The position numbers and the translations under genes are program-made. A DNA stretch of 64,000 nt, from IMG/VR virus record IMGVR_UViG_3300033121_001287, positions 1 through 64,000 of that record, one strand, 5' to 3'. The notes under the pieces were generated by a model, which was given only the letters and a program-made list of their open reading frames with translations, did not search any database and had not been told where the DNA came from. Below, piece after piece: positions 55,600 to 64,000 of the stretch (within the stretch, counting starts at the first letter, position 1; each line of letters starts with the position of its first letter). Source of the stretch: a virus. Its lineage: Duplodnaviria > Caudoviricetes.

Positions 55600-56979
55600 C
55601 TACGATCCGGCGACGGATCCGTCTTCGATCATAACGTTGACGGCCCCGGCGTCCTTCGTGACGTACTCCATCCAGATCTGCGCGTCGGCGGCCTCGGCCT
55701 GCTCCGCGACGGTCTTGATGCTGTCCTCGTCGAGAAGATTGCCATTCCGAATCAAGAGCACCTTCAACGTCGGGTTCAACGCGAGCCCAATGGCCACGCT
55801 GACCTTGAGTTGATCGGAAGATGAAGCCTGCTTGAACGGGATCCCGTTCAGCATCACTCCATCGTCACCAAGGCTGAGGCCAGGCACCGGGAACTGAGCG
55901 GATTCGATCATCACCCGTTTGGCCTCATCGGCGGCTGCGATATCGCCGTCGTACCCGGCGATGACGTTCTCAAGGTTTCGCAGGTCTTGAACCGCCTTCT
56001 CTTTTTCAAGGTTTGCTCGCACGTTGGCGTTCAAATCGCTGATCCGACGCCACTCGGCTCTCAACGTCTCGAAGCTCGTGGAGGCTTCCACGGCGGCTTC
56101 CTCCTTCTTGGTAACGTCAGCGAGCTTTGACCTGAGATCAATGATCCCATCGGTGAGATCAGAAACGTTCTTATCAAGTGCGTTGTACTTGTTCTGAAGC
56201 ACAGTGATCTGCTGAACGATCAGTGCCATCTCGGCGCGGTGATCTCCACGCTTGATGTCCGCGCTTCGGATGAGAAACTCCAGTTGCGTTTTCTCATCAC
56301 GAATGCGTGCGGCCTCTTCGGCGACGGCCATCGTCTCCTTGATCTGACGCTCGATCTCTTCGAGTGGGATCTCCTTCTCAGGAGCATTCTCGTAGAAGGG
56401 CATCTTTGCGACGATGTGGTATCGGCCCTCATAGACCTTCTTCGTGACAAGTCGAAGATCAGAGGCTTGTTTCCGCATGTCCTCGATGCCGCGCGTGTCG
56501 ATGCCAGCAAGGCTTCGCAACGTCTCGAGTTGTCGTTTGGGATCGTCCTGCGCGAAGGCCAGCGGATCGAAGGTGAGGCGTCCGAGAATCTTGTCGAGCA
56601 TCGCTTGCGGTGAAGCGTACTTCGCACCGTCTTTGCTCGACACGGTCAGCGTGCTGCGCGTATCCGAGTACACCGGGTTGCAGGTGCAGTCACCGCCCGC
56701 CAAGCCCAAGCATCCATCGGCGTGCAGGCGATCCCGGCTGAAGCGACGGGTGACAATCCAGTCGCCGAGATCCGCGACGATCTTGGCTTCGGTTTCCCCG
56801 ATGCGAATCGGTTCGGCCGGAACCATCGACGCCCCACCAAGCACCATCGCGATGGAGTTCAGTACGCTGCTCTTCCCGGCCCCGTTCTTCCCGCCGATGG
56901 TGATGAGATTACCATCCGGCGAGATATCGACGGCCGTCAGCCGAAGGATGTTGTTCGATTGCAGTCGGACGATCTTCAT
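55600..56979 (-). CDS. SMC/SbcC-like ATPase (AAA_23)
   Basis: GKNGAGKSS Walker A, long coiled coil, ASSSDQ signature, LLIRNGNLLD. Confidence 0.85.
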   Translation of the reverse strand: MKIVRLQSNNILRLTAVDISPDGNLITIGGKNGAGKSSVLNSIAMVLGGASMVPAEPIRIGETEAKIVADLGDWIVTRRFSRDRLHADGCLGLAGGDCTCNPVYSDTRSTLTVSSKDGAKYASPQAMLDKILGRLTFDPLAFAQDDPKRQLETLRSLAGIDTRGIEDMRKQASDLRLVTKKVYEGRYHIVAKMPFYENAPEKEIPLEEIERQIKETMAVAEEAARIRDEKTQLEFLIRSADIKRGDHRAEMALIVQQITVLQNKYNALDKNVSDLTDGIIDLRSKLADVTKKEEAAVEASTSFETLRAEWRRISDLNANVRANLEKEKAVQDLRNLENVIAGYDGDIAAADEAKRVMIESAQFPVPGLSLGDDGVMLNGIPFKQASSSDQLKVSVAIGLALNPTLKVLLIRNGNLLDEDSIKTVAEQAEAADAQIWMEYVTKDAGAVNVMIEDGSVAGS

Positions 56980-57492
56980 CTACTCCTCCTTCCCGCCAGC
57001 GTACCGGATCTTGACCTTGCTGAAGCAAGTGACGCCATCCGGCTCCGGTTCGCCATGCAGCAGACGTTCCTTCGTCAGGCTGTTCGTCGTCTGCCAAGGG
57101 AGCGCGAGGGACTTTTCCAACCCGTTGTTGATGCACCAGAGTCGGAACGTTTCGCGGTCTTCGACCTGCGCGTATGGCTCGTGCCAGATCGAGATGTTGG
57201 TGCCGTTCTCCAGCTTGATGCTGCCGAGACCCTCGTTGTCGAACCGGTCTGCGAGCAGCTGCGTCAGCGCTTCGATCTCGTCCTCGATGGACTTCAGCAG
57301 CGCTTCCGCAGCGGCCTTGCGCTGGCGAGCGTCTTCGTAGAGTCGAGCGTAGGAACCCGTATCGGTCAGTTCAGGATCGGCCAGCAGCACCTTTTTCAAG
57401 GCTTCGACGCGTTCCTGCTGGTTGCCGTCGGTGTTGAGGAGCGTCGGAAGCGATCCGACGAGGTGTGCATACTTGCCGCGTGGCTTAGCCAT
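56980..57492 (-). CDS. Helical phage recombination-module protein
   Basis: Coiled-coil N-half; LGSIKLENG..PDGVTCF; context. Confidence 0.55.
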   Translation of the reverse strand: MAKPRGKYAHLVGSLPTLLNTDGNQQERVEALKKVLLADPELTDTGSYARLYEDARQRKAAAEALLKSIEDEIEALTQLLADRFDNEGLGSIKLENGTNISIWHEPYAQVEDRETFRLWCINNGLEKSLALPWQTTNSLTKERLLHGEPEPDGVTCFSKVKIRYAGGKEE

Positions 57493-57908
57493 TACAGCCC
57501 CTCGACTCCGGTTATCGCTTTGCCACGAATGATCACGAGGTCGGGCGCGTATCCGCCCTTCGCCACGCGAAGCCATGCTTCGTAGCTTGCTGTTATGCTG
57601 GCGAACGCACCAACGTTGTTTGCAACAAGCCACTCGGCGAGTGCTTCGGGTGTCGGCATCACCGGCGAGATGGGAGTGCCCTCTGTCGTTGATTCGTACA
57701 TCTGGTAGTGCGTGCGTTCGGCTTCGGGCCAGTTCGGCATGCAAGAGATGCCGTAGTGCGGCGGATCCCCTCGCAACCACTCCTCACGCAAGCCTTCTGC
57801 GATCTCCGCTTCGTTGTACGGGAATCGCTCGAACATCGGAATGTAATATCCGTGCTCGTTCTTCGGGTGTTCCCAGTCCGGCGGTACCCGCCGTACTTCA
57901 CGCCCCAT
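57492..57908 (-). CDS. Phage hypothetical protein
   Basis: MGREVRRVP..YQMYESTTEGTPISP. Confidence 0.6.
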   Translation of the reverse strand: MGREVRRVPPDWEHPKNEHGYYIPMFERFPYNEAEIAEGLREEWLRGDPPHYGISCMPNWPEAERTHYQMYESTTEGTPISPVMPTPEALAEWLVANNVGAFASITASYEAWLRVAKGGYAPDLVIIRGKAITGVEGL

Positions 57909-58098
57909 GTTGAGCCTCCAGCGAGGCACGCAGTGCCTCATCAAATGACGGTCGCTTGCTGCCCGCTCGCGCGTGACGTTGACGCGCCTCCTCGCAGCTG
58001 ATCGTACGGTTCGAGTGGTCTCGATGCAGAAGGACGCGCAACCCGCAAAGGCATCGGGCCTCGTAGGTGCTGCGTGGGCGGGGCTTGGTGGCGTTCAT
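57898..58098 (-). CDS. Small Cys-containing protein
   Basis: ATG directly below a sigma70 promoter. Confidence 0.55.
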   Translation of the reverse strand: MNATKPRPRSTYEARCLCGLRVLLHRDHSNRTISCEEARQRHARAGSKRPSFDEALRASLEAQHGA

Positions 58099-58106
58099 TA
58101 GGAGCC

Positions 58107-58135
58107 ACTCTAATGCCCTTTTTAGAACGGGTCAA
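58107..58135 (-). promoter_or_regulatory. Sigma70-type promoter, near-leaderless transcript
   Basis: TTGACC, 17-nt spacer, TAGAGT; A-tract upstream; ATG 58098 lies 9 nt below the -10. Confidence 0.7.
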
Positions 58136-58144
58136 GCCCCTTTT

Positions 58145-58525
58145 TCAAGCCTCCGAAGGATCCGGCAGGGACCGGGAAGGGCTCTGTTTCTGGCCGGTTC
58201 GTGCGGTCCACGCGGCCCGTAGCCGAATGTGTTCAGCCTCGGCGTAGAGGAAGGCCTGCGGGAAGTTCGGGGCCAAACCCTGTCCACCGTAGACGAACAC
58301 ACCGAGAGGCGTGATGGTAATCGATGGCTGATAGCAGGAAGCTTCGAGCCGGGTACACATGTCATCGACCCTGCGGTGCTCCCAGTTCTCAGGAAGCTTC
58401 TGCACCGCGTCGATCCCTGCGAGCAGTCGCGTCCGTTCTTCCGCCGTTGCATCGTAGTTGTCGAAGCCTCCCATGTCGTTTTCGAGAAACGGGATGCACT
58501 TTACGAGCAGCTCGGTGATTGTCAT
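58145..58525 (-). CDS. Hypothetical protein
   Basis: GGAGG RBS. Confidence 0.55.
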   Translation of the reverse strand: MTITELLVKCIPFLENDMGGFDNYDATAEERTRLLAGIDAVQKLPENWEHRRVDDMCTRLEASCYQPSITITPLGVFVYGGQGLAPNFPQAFLYAEAEHIRLRAAWTARTGQKQSPSRSLPDPSEA

Positions 58526-58758
58526 TGATGTCCCTCCTCCACAAGACGTTGCTTCAAATACACCGCGAGATCAAGCACTTCTTCGTACGCATCCAGCAGC
58601 GGGTTTCTTCCATTGAAAGCCTGCAGCGGCGTGCCGTACTTACGCGTGCCGTACTCCTTTCGGCGACGGAGGTCTTCTCGCACAAGATCGTGAATATGCT
58701 CACCGTCGTTTGGAATCGAGAGCGGTTGATCGGTGTCTGGATCGCGAACCTCGCTCAT
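58522..58758 (-). CDS. Small all-alpha NTP-pyrophosphatase-like protein
   Basis: GTRKYGTPL..DAYEEVLDLAVYL. Confidence 0.5.
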   Translation of the reverse strand: MSEVRDPDTDQPLSIPNDGEHIHDLVREDLRRRKEYGTRKYGTPLQAFNGRNPLLDAYEEVLDLAVYLKQRLVEEGHQ

Positions 58759-59029
58759 GGTCGGACCTTTCTTGTGAGATACTTGATCGTATCGATTTTA
58801 TCTTGAGTCAATTCGGATCCAACAGTTCCGCGCTCGATGATCTCGATTAGTCGAAGTATCATTTCAAACAGGTTTACAATGTCATCCTGCGGGTTGCGAC
58901 CTAGCGTCTTGATTAACCGTTTCCAGAGAAGGTTATCCATGACCGGATTCGGCTGAGAGTGCCGTTCCTTTTCGGCTTTCGCGTACTCCTTCATGGCAAG
59001 TACCCACTGAAGCTCTTCGATAGAGATCA
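58755..59029 (-). CDS. Hypothetical protein
   Basis: AGGA RBS; overlaps the next gene. Confidence 0.5.
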
Positions 59030-59032
59030 TTG

Positions 59033-60658
59033 TTATTCCTTTCGCAACGCTTTGACCCAAGCCGATGCCGTCCACGTCGCGATGTTCTCGCCTGCACGTC
59101 GAGCGGCTACGATAGCATGATCGATGGTCTTCTGACCCTTCGGCCCGGTAGCCACCATGTCGAAGTACGCAATCGGTTCCTTCTGCCCCGGTCCGTACAC
59201 CCGATCAGCGCTCTGCGCGAACTTGCCCGGCGAGTAATCGGTCGAGATTGTCACGCTCGTATGCGCGGCCGTCATGTTCAAACCGAAGCTTCCGGTGCCG
59301 AACGTACCACCGACGAACACCGGCTGGTTCGGCGACGTGTTCGGATGCAGCAGCTTGAGCGCTTCCATGCGTTCGGCCTTCTTCTGACCGCCATGCACCT
59401 GCCCCATAACGAACTGCGGAAACGCCTGCGAGACCTCCTCGATCATCCGTGCAAGTTCGGCCTTGAACCGGCACCAGACGACGACCTTGAAGAGTTCGTC
59501 GGCTTCCAAGCGTTCGCCTAAGAACCAGAGCAACAGATCGAGCTTCTCGCGTCCGAAGAACTGAATCTCGTCAGGCGGCGGTTCGGGCTTCGGAGGCTCC
59601 GTTTCGAAGCCCGAAGTTCCGATCACGATCTGATCGAACAGGTCGTCATCCTGCTCGTCTTTTTCAAGGGTCTGCACGCCGGATAGGAAGCCACTGGTGA
59701 TCTGCGAGAGCCTCAACACCTTGATCGCGGCCGTCGCGCTCATGGACGCACCACCGGATAGCCAGACGATCATCTCGTCTCGCATCGCGACGTATCGTTT
59801 CCAATTCTCCGTCGTCAACGGCACCGTCAGCGCGACGGGATCAAGCTTCGGTGGAAGGTCAAGGCAGTCCTTCTGCAGCCGTCGAATCGTATAGGGAGCA
59901 AACCGGCGCTGCAAATCATCGAGGTTGACCCACTTGTTGATCTTCTCAACGACGTAGCCCTCGTCGTTTTTGAGCGCTTTACCATCCCTGCCCTTCACAG
60001 GTTCCATGACTGCGTAGCGCGAACGGAAGTGCGTGACGTACTTGCACTCCAAGATCGACGGGTGCAGCATGTTGCCCTGTGCGAACAGGTCCATTGGCGA
60101 ATGGAAGATCGGTGTACCATTCAGCAGTACGACGCGTCCGCACATGCGACGGAGGGTCTTGCAGGCCTCGGTGCGGCCGGATTTCCAATTCTTAATGTAG
60201 CTCGACTCGTCCATGACGAGGAGCGTCCGCTCGTCGCAGAGTTTGACAAGTTCTTTCAGCCGGTGCGAGTTGATGAGGTACTCGTAGTTCGTAACGATAA
60301 ACTGAAGCGCGCGATCCTTGGCGTGCTCAAGACCCCATACCCATTCGCGACCATAGCTATGAAATTCCACAACTACGGCTGGCGTCTTCAACCAGAGATG
60401 CTTGGCCAGTTCGCCGAGTTCGTCATCGGCCCACACGTCGCGCACCGGGGCCGGAGCAATCACGACGACGCGGTCGATGACGTTCTGCTCAAACAGGAAT
60501 TGCGCGCCATCAATGACAATCTTGCTCTTCCCCGTCCGCATCTCGGAAGCGATGAAGAGGTAAGGACGTTGCAGCAGCACTGCAACGTCCTCTCTCTGGT
60601 GCTGGAACGGGGTGAGCCTTGCCGCTCCGAAGTCGAGGGTTACTGCAGGCGTACCCAT
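59033..60658 (-). CDS. SNF2-family helicase
   Basis: EMRTGKS, MDESS, LNGTP, GSFGLNM, QSADRVYGPGQ. Confidence 0.9.
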   Translation of the reverse strand: MGTPAVTLDFGAARLTPFQHQREDVAVLLQRPYLFIASEMRTGKSKIVIDGAQFLFEQNVIDRVVVIAPAPVRDVWADDELGELAKHLWLKTPAVVVEFHSYGREWVWGLEHAKDRALQFIVTNYEYLINSHRLKELVKLCDERTLLVMDESSYIKNWKSGRTEACKTLRRMCGRVVLLNGTPIFHSPMDLFAQGNMLHPSILECKYVTHFRSRYAVMEPVKGRDGKALKNDEGYVVEKINKWVNLDDLQRRFAPYTIRRLQKDCLDLPPKLDPVALTVPLTTENWKRYVAMRDEMIVWLSGGASMSATAAIKVLRLSQITSGFLSGVQTLEKDEQDDDLFDQIVIGTSGFETEPPKPEPPPDEIQFFGREKLDLLLWFLGERLEADELFKVVVWCRFKAELARMIEEVSQAFPQFVMGQVHGGQKKAERMEALKLLHPNTSPNQPVFVGGTFGTGSFGLNMTAAHTSVTISTDYSPGKFAQSADRVYGPGQKEPIAYFDMVATGPKGQKTIDHAIVAARRAGENIATWTASAWVKALRKE

Positions 60659-61089
60659 CGATCACCGTCGCTCCCATCGTTGCGGAAGGCCAGCGGGTTG
60701 CCGCGCTGACTTTCGGGGAGCACGATCTGCGCGGTGATGATCTCGACGCCGTCCATTCCGAGACTCTTGCCGATGATAATCACGGTGCGCGTGCTCATGT
60801 AAGGCGCGTAACCGTATGTGCCTCCCAGTACGAACGTCGGGATCGTCTTCGGCGTCGGCGGGAGGGCCGCCAAGCAGACCTTCAGTTCATCGGGCTGCGT
60901 GTACGGATTCAACGCGCGGCACTGCTCGACCGTCGTCGCACGAATGGCCGGATGGCCGGGCGGAAGCCAACCGCAGTCCTGCATGACCCAACCGGGACCG
61001 GGACTCGGTGGTACGACGCAGGTCTGTGCCGAAGATGGAACAGACGAGAGCGCGATGAGGAGCGCGAAGCAGAATACGATTCGACGCAT
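60640..61089 (-). CDS. Secreted Pro/Cys-rich protein
   Basis: MRRIVFCFALLIALSSVPSSA/Q signal peptide. Confidence 0.6.
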   Translation of the reverse strand: MRRIVFCFALLIALSSVPSSAQTCVVPPSPGPGWVMQDCGWLPPGHPAIRATTVEQCRALNPYTQPDELKVCLAALPPTPKTIPTFVLGGTYGYAPYMSTRTVIIIGKSLGMDGVEIITAQIVLPESQRGNPLAFRNDGSDGDRWVRLQ

Positions 61090-61158
61090 GGTGGTCTCCT
61101 TTTTCAACCGTGCAGCGCTCCGAGATTGAAGCGCTGCAGGTTGGACCGGAGTATAGCA

Positions 61159-61356
61159 TTACTCCGGGTAGACGTCTTCGGCGCGCAGTCCCTTCTCGCC
61201 TTCGGACTCCTCGAACTCGACGGCCATCCCGACTTCAACTTCCTCGTACTTGACGGTCTTCAGAGCCGACGCGTGGAAGAAATAGTCCTTCCGATCCGCT
61301 CCATTGATGAACCCGCATCGCTTGTCAACCAGCAACTTCTTGATCTTGCCCTTCAT
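61159..61356 (-). CDS. csp: Cold-shock domain protein
   Basis: MKGKIK..CGFI (RNP1) ..DYFFHASAL (RNP2) ..VEFE..GEKGLRAEDV. Confidence 0.88.
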   Translation of the reverse strand: MKGKIKKLLVDKRCGFINGADRKDYFFHASALKTVKYEEVEVGMAVEFEESEGEKGLRAEDVYPE

Positions 61357-62191
61357 GGACCCTCGCCTTCGGTGTGGGATACTGACCGAGCTTTGCCGCC
61401 GCAGCCAGACGTTTCGTATCGGCAGAGAAGTCAGACCTGAGAATGAAATCCCAGTACCCACGATCTGCCGTTCTCATGGGCTTGCCCGCGAATTTGCCCC
61501 ACTGTGCGAAGCACGGTTCACCGTTGACGAACTTGAACTTCCCGTCCGGATCGATCCATCCCGGCCACTGAAGTTCGTGAAGCTCCGCGACGGTGCGCGG
61601 CAACTGCTCGTACTTTGTCACCTGCGCGACGATCACTTCCGTCGAAGCCTCCACGTCCGCGAGCGCTCCGTGCGCTCCTTCAAGCACCTTCCCGGTGTGT
61701 TCGAGATAGAGATGGCTCAGCGTGCGCGGTTTTCCAAGTTGCTCAAGCCGGTCGATATCGATGATGCAGGCTTCGCCGTATGCCCATTCGACGCCCGCAC
61801 GCTCCATTTCGGCCGCCATGATTCGCAGATCGAAGCGCACGTTCTTTCCTGCGAAATCACAGTTTGAAAATCCCGTCGCTAGATTCGTCGCAAGATGCTT
61901 GAAGGCTGGCCAACCGGCGAACTCATGATCGTCCGGGTGCCCCTCAATCGGCATCTTGCAATGACGGCACTGCAGGAAGATGCCGTTGTCGATCCCGTGC
62001 ACGGCCGTCGCCGATTCAGGGATCTTGATCAACGGATTGATGAGTGATCGCCACGACTTTACCAATCCGACGACCGGTTCCCACACCTGAAAACCGATCT
62101 CAACGATGCGGTCTTCACGCGTGTTGGTACCCGTCGTTTCCGTATCGAACACGATCAGGCGACGGGTGATGTTCAGGGTTTCGTGAATCAT
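61325..62191 (-). CDS. DEDDh 3'-5' exonuclease (DnaQ-like)
   Basis: FDTETTG, GKNVRFDLRI, HGALADVEA. Confidence 0.9.
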   Translation of the reverse strand: MIHETLNITRRLIVFDTETTGTNTREDRIVEIGFQVWEPVVGLVKSWRSLINPLIKIPESATAVHGIDNGIFLQCRHCKMPIEGHPDDHEFAGWPAFKHLATNLATGFSNCDFAGKNVRFDLRIMAAEMERAGVEWAYGEACIIDIDRLEQLGKPRTLSHLYLEHTGKVLEGAHGALADVEASTEVIVAQVTKYEQLPRTVAELHELQWPGWIDPDGKFKFVNGEPCFAQWGKFAGKPMRTADRGYWDFILRSDFSADTKRLAAAAKLGQYPTPKARVHEGQDQEVAG

Positions 62192-62364
62192 GAGGTCGCA
62201 GCGCCGCTCTTCGCGCCTCGATGCAAACGTTGCAGCACTCCGAGAAGAAGCGCTTGGTTATCGATGACGACTTCGACGCTATACGCTAGCGACAGTTGTT
62301 CCGCCATCGTTCTCTTCGGCACGAGGTTCAGCGGTGGATCGAATGGCAATAGCAGCTGCTCCAT
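62188..62364 (-). CDS. 58-aa hypothetical protein (not in the ORF track)
   Basis: AAGGAG RBS; MEQLLLPFD...; ATGA overlap. Confidence 0.5.
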   Translation of the reverse strand: MEQLLLPFDPPLNLVPKRTMAEQLSLAYSVEVVIDNQALLLGVLQRLHRGAKSGAATS

Positions 62365-62367
62365 CAG

Positions 62368-62700
62368 TCACTCCTTGAGCTTCCATGCGGGACCAAGGCT
62401 GCGGTACTCGACACGACGGCCGCAGGCTTCGTGATGCTGGATGCCGAGACGCATGCCAGCGCTGATGCCGAGATCTTCGTAGACCGCAATCAGATGCGCG
62501 TTCTCGGCCCACGCGAATCCGGCGATGATCCCAAGGTCACGGTCTCGTTCGACGCGGTCGTCGAGCACCTCGGTGTAGAACAGATGCGAAGCGAACGGTG
62601 CCTCGCCGCGATTGAGGCAGTCGCGCAGGCACATCAAGAGGTACGCGCGGTTCAACGCGTAGTCGCCTCGGAAGGGGCTCTCAACAATGACTCTGTTCAC
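62368..62700 (-). CDS. Small Rossmann-like protein (nucleoside deoxyribosyltransferase-like)
   Basis: VIVESPFRG..EAPFASHLFY..GISAGMRLGI. Confidence 0.55.
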   Translation of the reverse strand: MNRVIVESPFRGDYALNRAYLLMCLRDCLNRGEAPFASHLFYTEVLDDRVERDRDLGIIAGFAWAENAHLIAVYEDLGISAGMRLGIQHHEACGRRVEYRSLGPAWKLKE

Positions 62701-63017
62701 AGGGACTCCGCTTCGAGGGTGTAACCACATTCGACGAGCATCTGCTTCAGCGCATCGGACGACAGCGATGACATGGAAATGCCCCGCTTGTTCGCTTCGA
62801 GCAGCAGAGCGTCCTTGACCGACTCGGACACGTTGATGCCGAGAAACACGTCGCGGGGAACCTCCTGCTTCTTGTGCTTGCGCTTCTTCTCGACGGAGTC
62901 GAGAATCTGATAGATCCTGCCAGCCGAGAGATTGAAGGCGGCTCGCAACTTCAGGATCGGTTCACCCGCCTGATAGCGAGCGATGATCTCCGCGTTGCGT
63001 TCATCGTGCTTGCTCAT
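62697..63017 (-). CDS. HTH plus ribbon-helix-helix regulator
   Basis: RNAEIIARYQAG..FNLSAGRIYQIL; FLGINVSESVKDAL..GISMSSL. Confidence 0.7.
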   Translation of the reverse strand: MSKHDERNAEIIARYQAGEPILKLRAAFNLSAGRIYQILDSVEKKRKHKKQEVPRDVFLGINVSESVKDALLLEANKRGISMSSLSSDALKQMLVECGYTLEAESL

Positions 63018-64000
63018 TGGCCGTCTCGTATGGTCATCACTACGTTAATGAAATCCGAACCATCGGTCAGAAGCAGAGGGGTTTTGAGATCCTTCAGGTT
63101 GACCGTCGCCGTGTTTTCCGCTCCGTGCTCCAAGAAGTCCATCAGGTACTTCCAGCACACCGTGATCCGCAGATCGGGGCCGCCGTAGGTGGCTTCAACG
63201 ACCTCGTTTGCATCTCCGAACTCCGTGCTACGAGCCGAGAGAGTCACGCGTCCGGTCGAGAAGCTCAACGAGATCACGTCGGACACCAGTCCGACGCGGT
63301 TGATAGCCGCCGCAAACAGACCCTTTGGCATCACCGCTCGATGGTTGTTTTCCGTCGGAATGATGCGCTGGTAGCGCGGGAACTCCCCGTCCAGCATGCG
63401 CGAGATCAGCAGACGTCGTTCGTATTGAAAAAAGAGATGCCGATCCCCACGCGAGAAGTAGACATCACCAAGAGGCGGCTGTGCCAAAAGCGCATCGAGC
63501 GTCTTCGTCGGGATGATCACTTGGTACTCAGGCCCGTCCTCGCGCGTGGCCGTCGCGATGGAGAGCCGCTTGCCGTCCGTCGATACCATTGCCATGACGT
63601 TCTTCGTGAGCGTGAGCAACGCCCCCATCATGGCGTGCTGCTGCGCCTTCTCACTGATCGAGTAGCGCGTGCGCTCGATCAGCAACCGCAGCGCACGGGC
63701 CGAGAGCTTCGCGGGTTCACCTACGACGTCGGGCATGGGCGGGAAGTCATCCGGGTGCATGGATGATAATCGTGACTTGTAGTTCCCGGCCGTCAAGCGT
63801 CCGTTGTTGATGTTGATATCGCCGTTCGGCATGCGCTCTAGCACGTCGAGCAGCATCTTGGCCGGAAGCGTAATCGATCCCGTTTCATGCACCTCGGCTA
63901 CGCAGTCGGTGCTGAGTGCGATTTCCAGGTCGGTCGCAGCGATGTAGAGGTTCTGCGCGCCTTCGGCTCGAAGAAGCACATGACCGGTAATCGGAATCGT
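63014..64000 (-). CDS. dnaN: DNA polymerase III beta sliding clamp (5' end outside the window)
   Basis: IAATDLEI, LPAKMLLD, VSTDGKRL, SRMLDGEFPRYQRIIP, VMTIR. Confidence 0.92.
   Translation of the reverse strand, partial: TIPITGHVLLRAEGAQNLYIAATDLEIALSTDCVAEVHETGSITLPAKMLLDVLERMPNGDININNGRLTAGNYKSRLSSMHPDDFPPMPDVVGEPAKLSARALRLLIERTRYSISEKAQQHAMMGALLTLTKNVMAMVSTDGKRLSIATATREDGPEYQVIIPTKTLDALLAQPPLGDVYFSRGDRHLFFQYERRLLISRMLDGEFPRYQRIIPTENNHRAVMPKGLFAAAINRVGLVSDVISLSFSTGRVTLSARSTEFGDANEVVEATYGGPDLRITVCWKYLMDFLEHGAENTATVNLKDLKTPLLLTDGSDFINVVMTIRDGQ

Noticed and set aside
1-64000. Prophage or temperate lifestyle; host identity
   Set aside because: No integrase, att site, clear repressor or host flanks are visible, so neither can be called from this window.

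Overview
The window is a large part of a tailed dsDNA phage genome, probably siphovirus-like because it has a 1607-aa tape measure and a tail-chaperone frameshift. I saw no integrase, tRNA or CRISPR array. The + strand (1-53715) carries small coiled-coil/Zn genes, a hexamer repeat array, terS, terL, portal, a LamG/repeat appendage module, an effector block, MuF, a DUF2213-like protein, capsid, neck genes, a sugar-modification cluster, tail genes and lysis genes. The - strand (53793-64000) carries replication/recombination genes: SSB-like, SMC-like ATPase, SNF2 helicase, cold-shock protein, DEDDh exonuclease and beta clamp. The standout is 13950-24423, directly upstream of MuF. Four long ORFs there are built from 14 copies of a ~20-aa tag, GG[PKA]GSGNF[GN]H[AK]GRPG[EQ][VI]GGS. 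All 14 copies follow L or A, and 12 follow [RK]-x-[LA]. Thirteen tags head a separate domain: about six ADP-ribosyltransferase-like, two GNAT, ParB/Srx, papain-like, Fic, zeta-like kinase and one unassigned. A fifth ORF has a different tag ahead of a PD-(D/E)XK nuclease, and the portal carries a degenerate tag plus an Acb1-like 2H domain. My inference is a modular, protease-processed, virion-packaged effector array. All domain calls come from reading motifs by eye, not from database searches.
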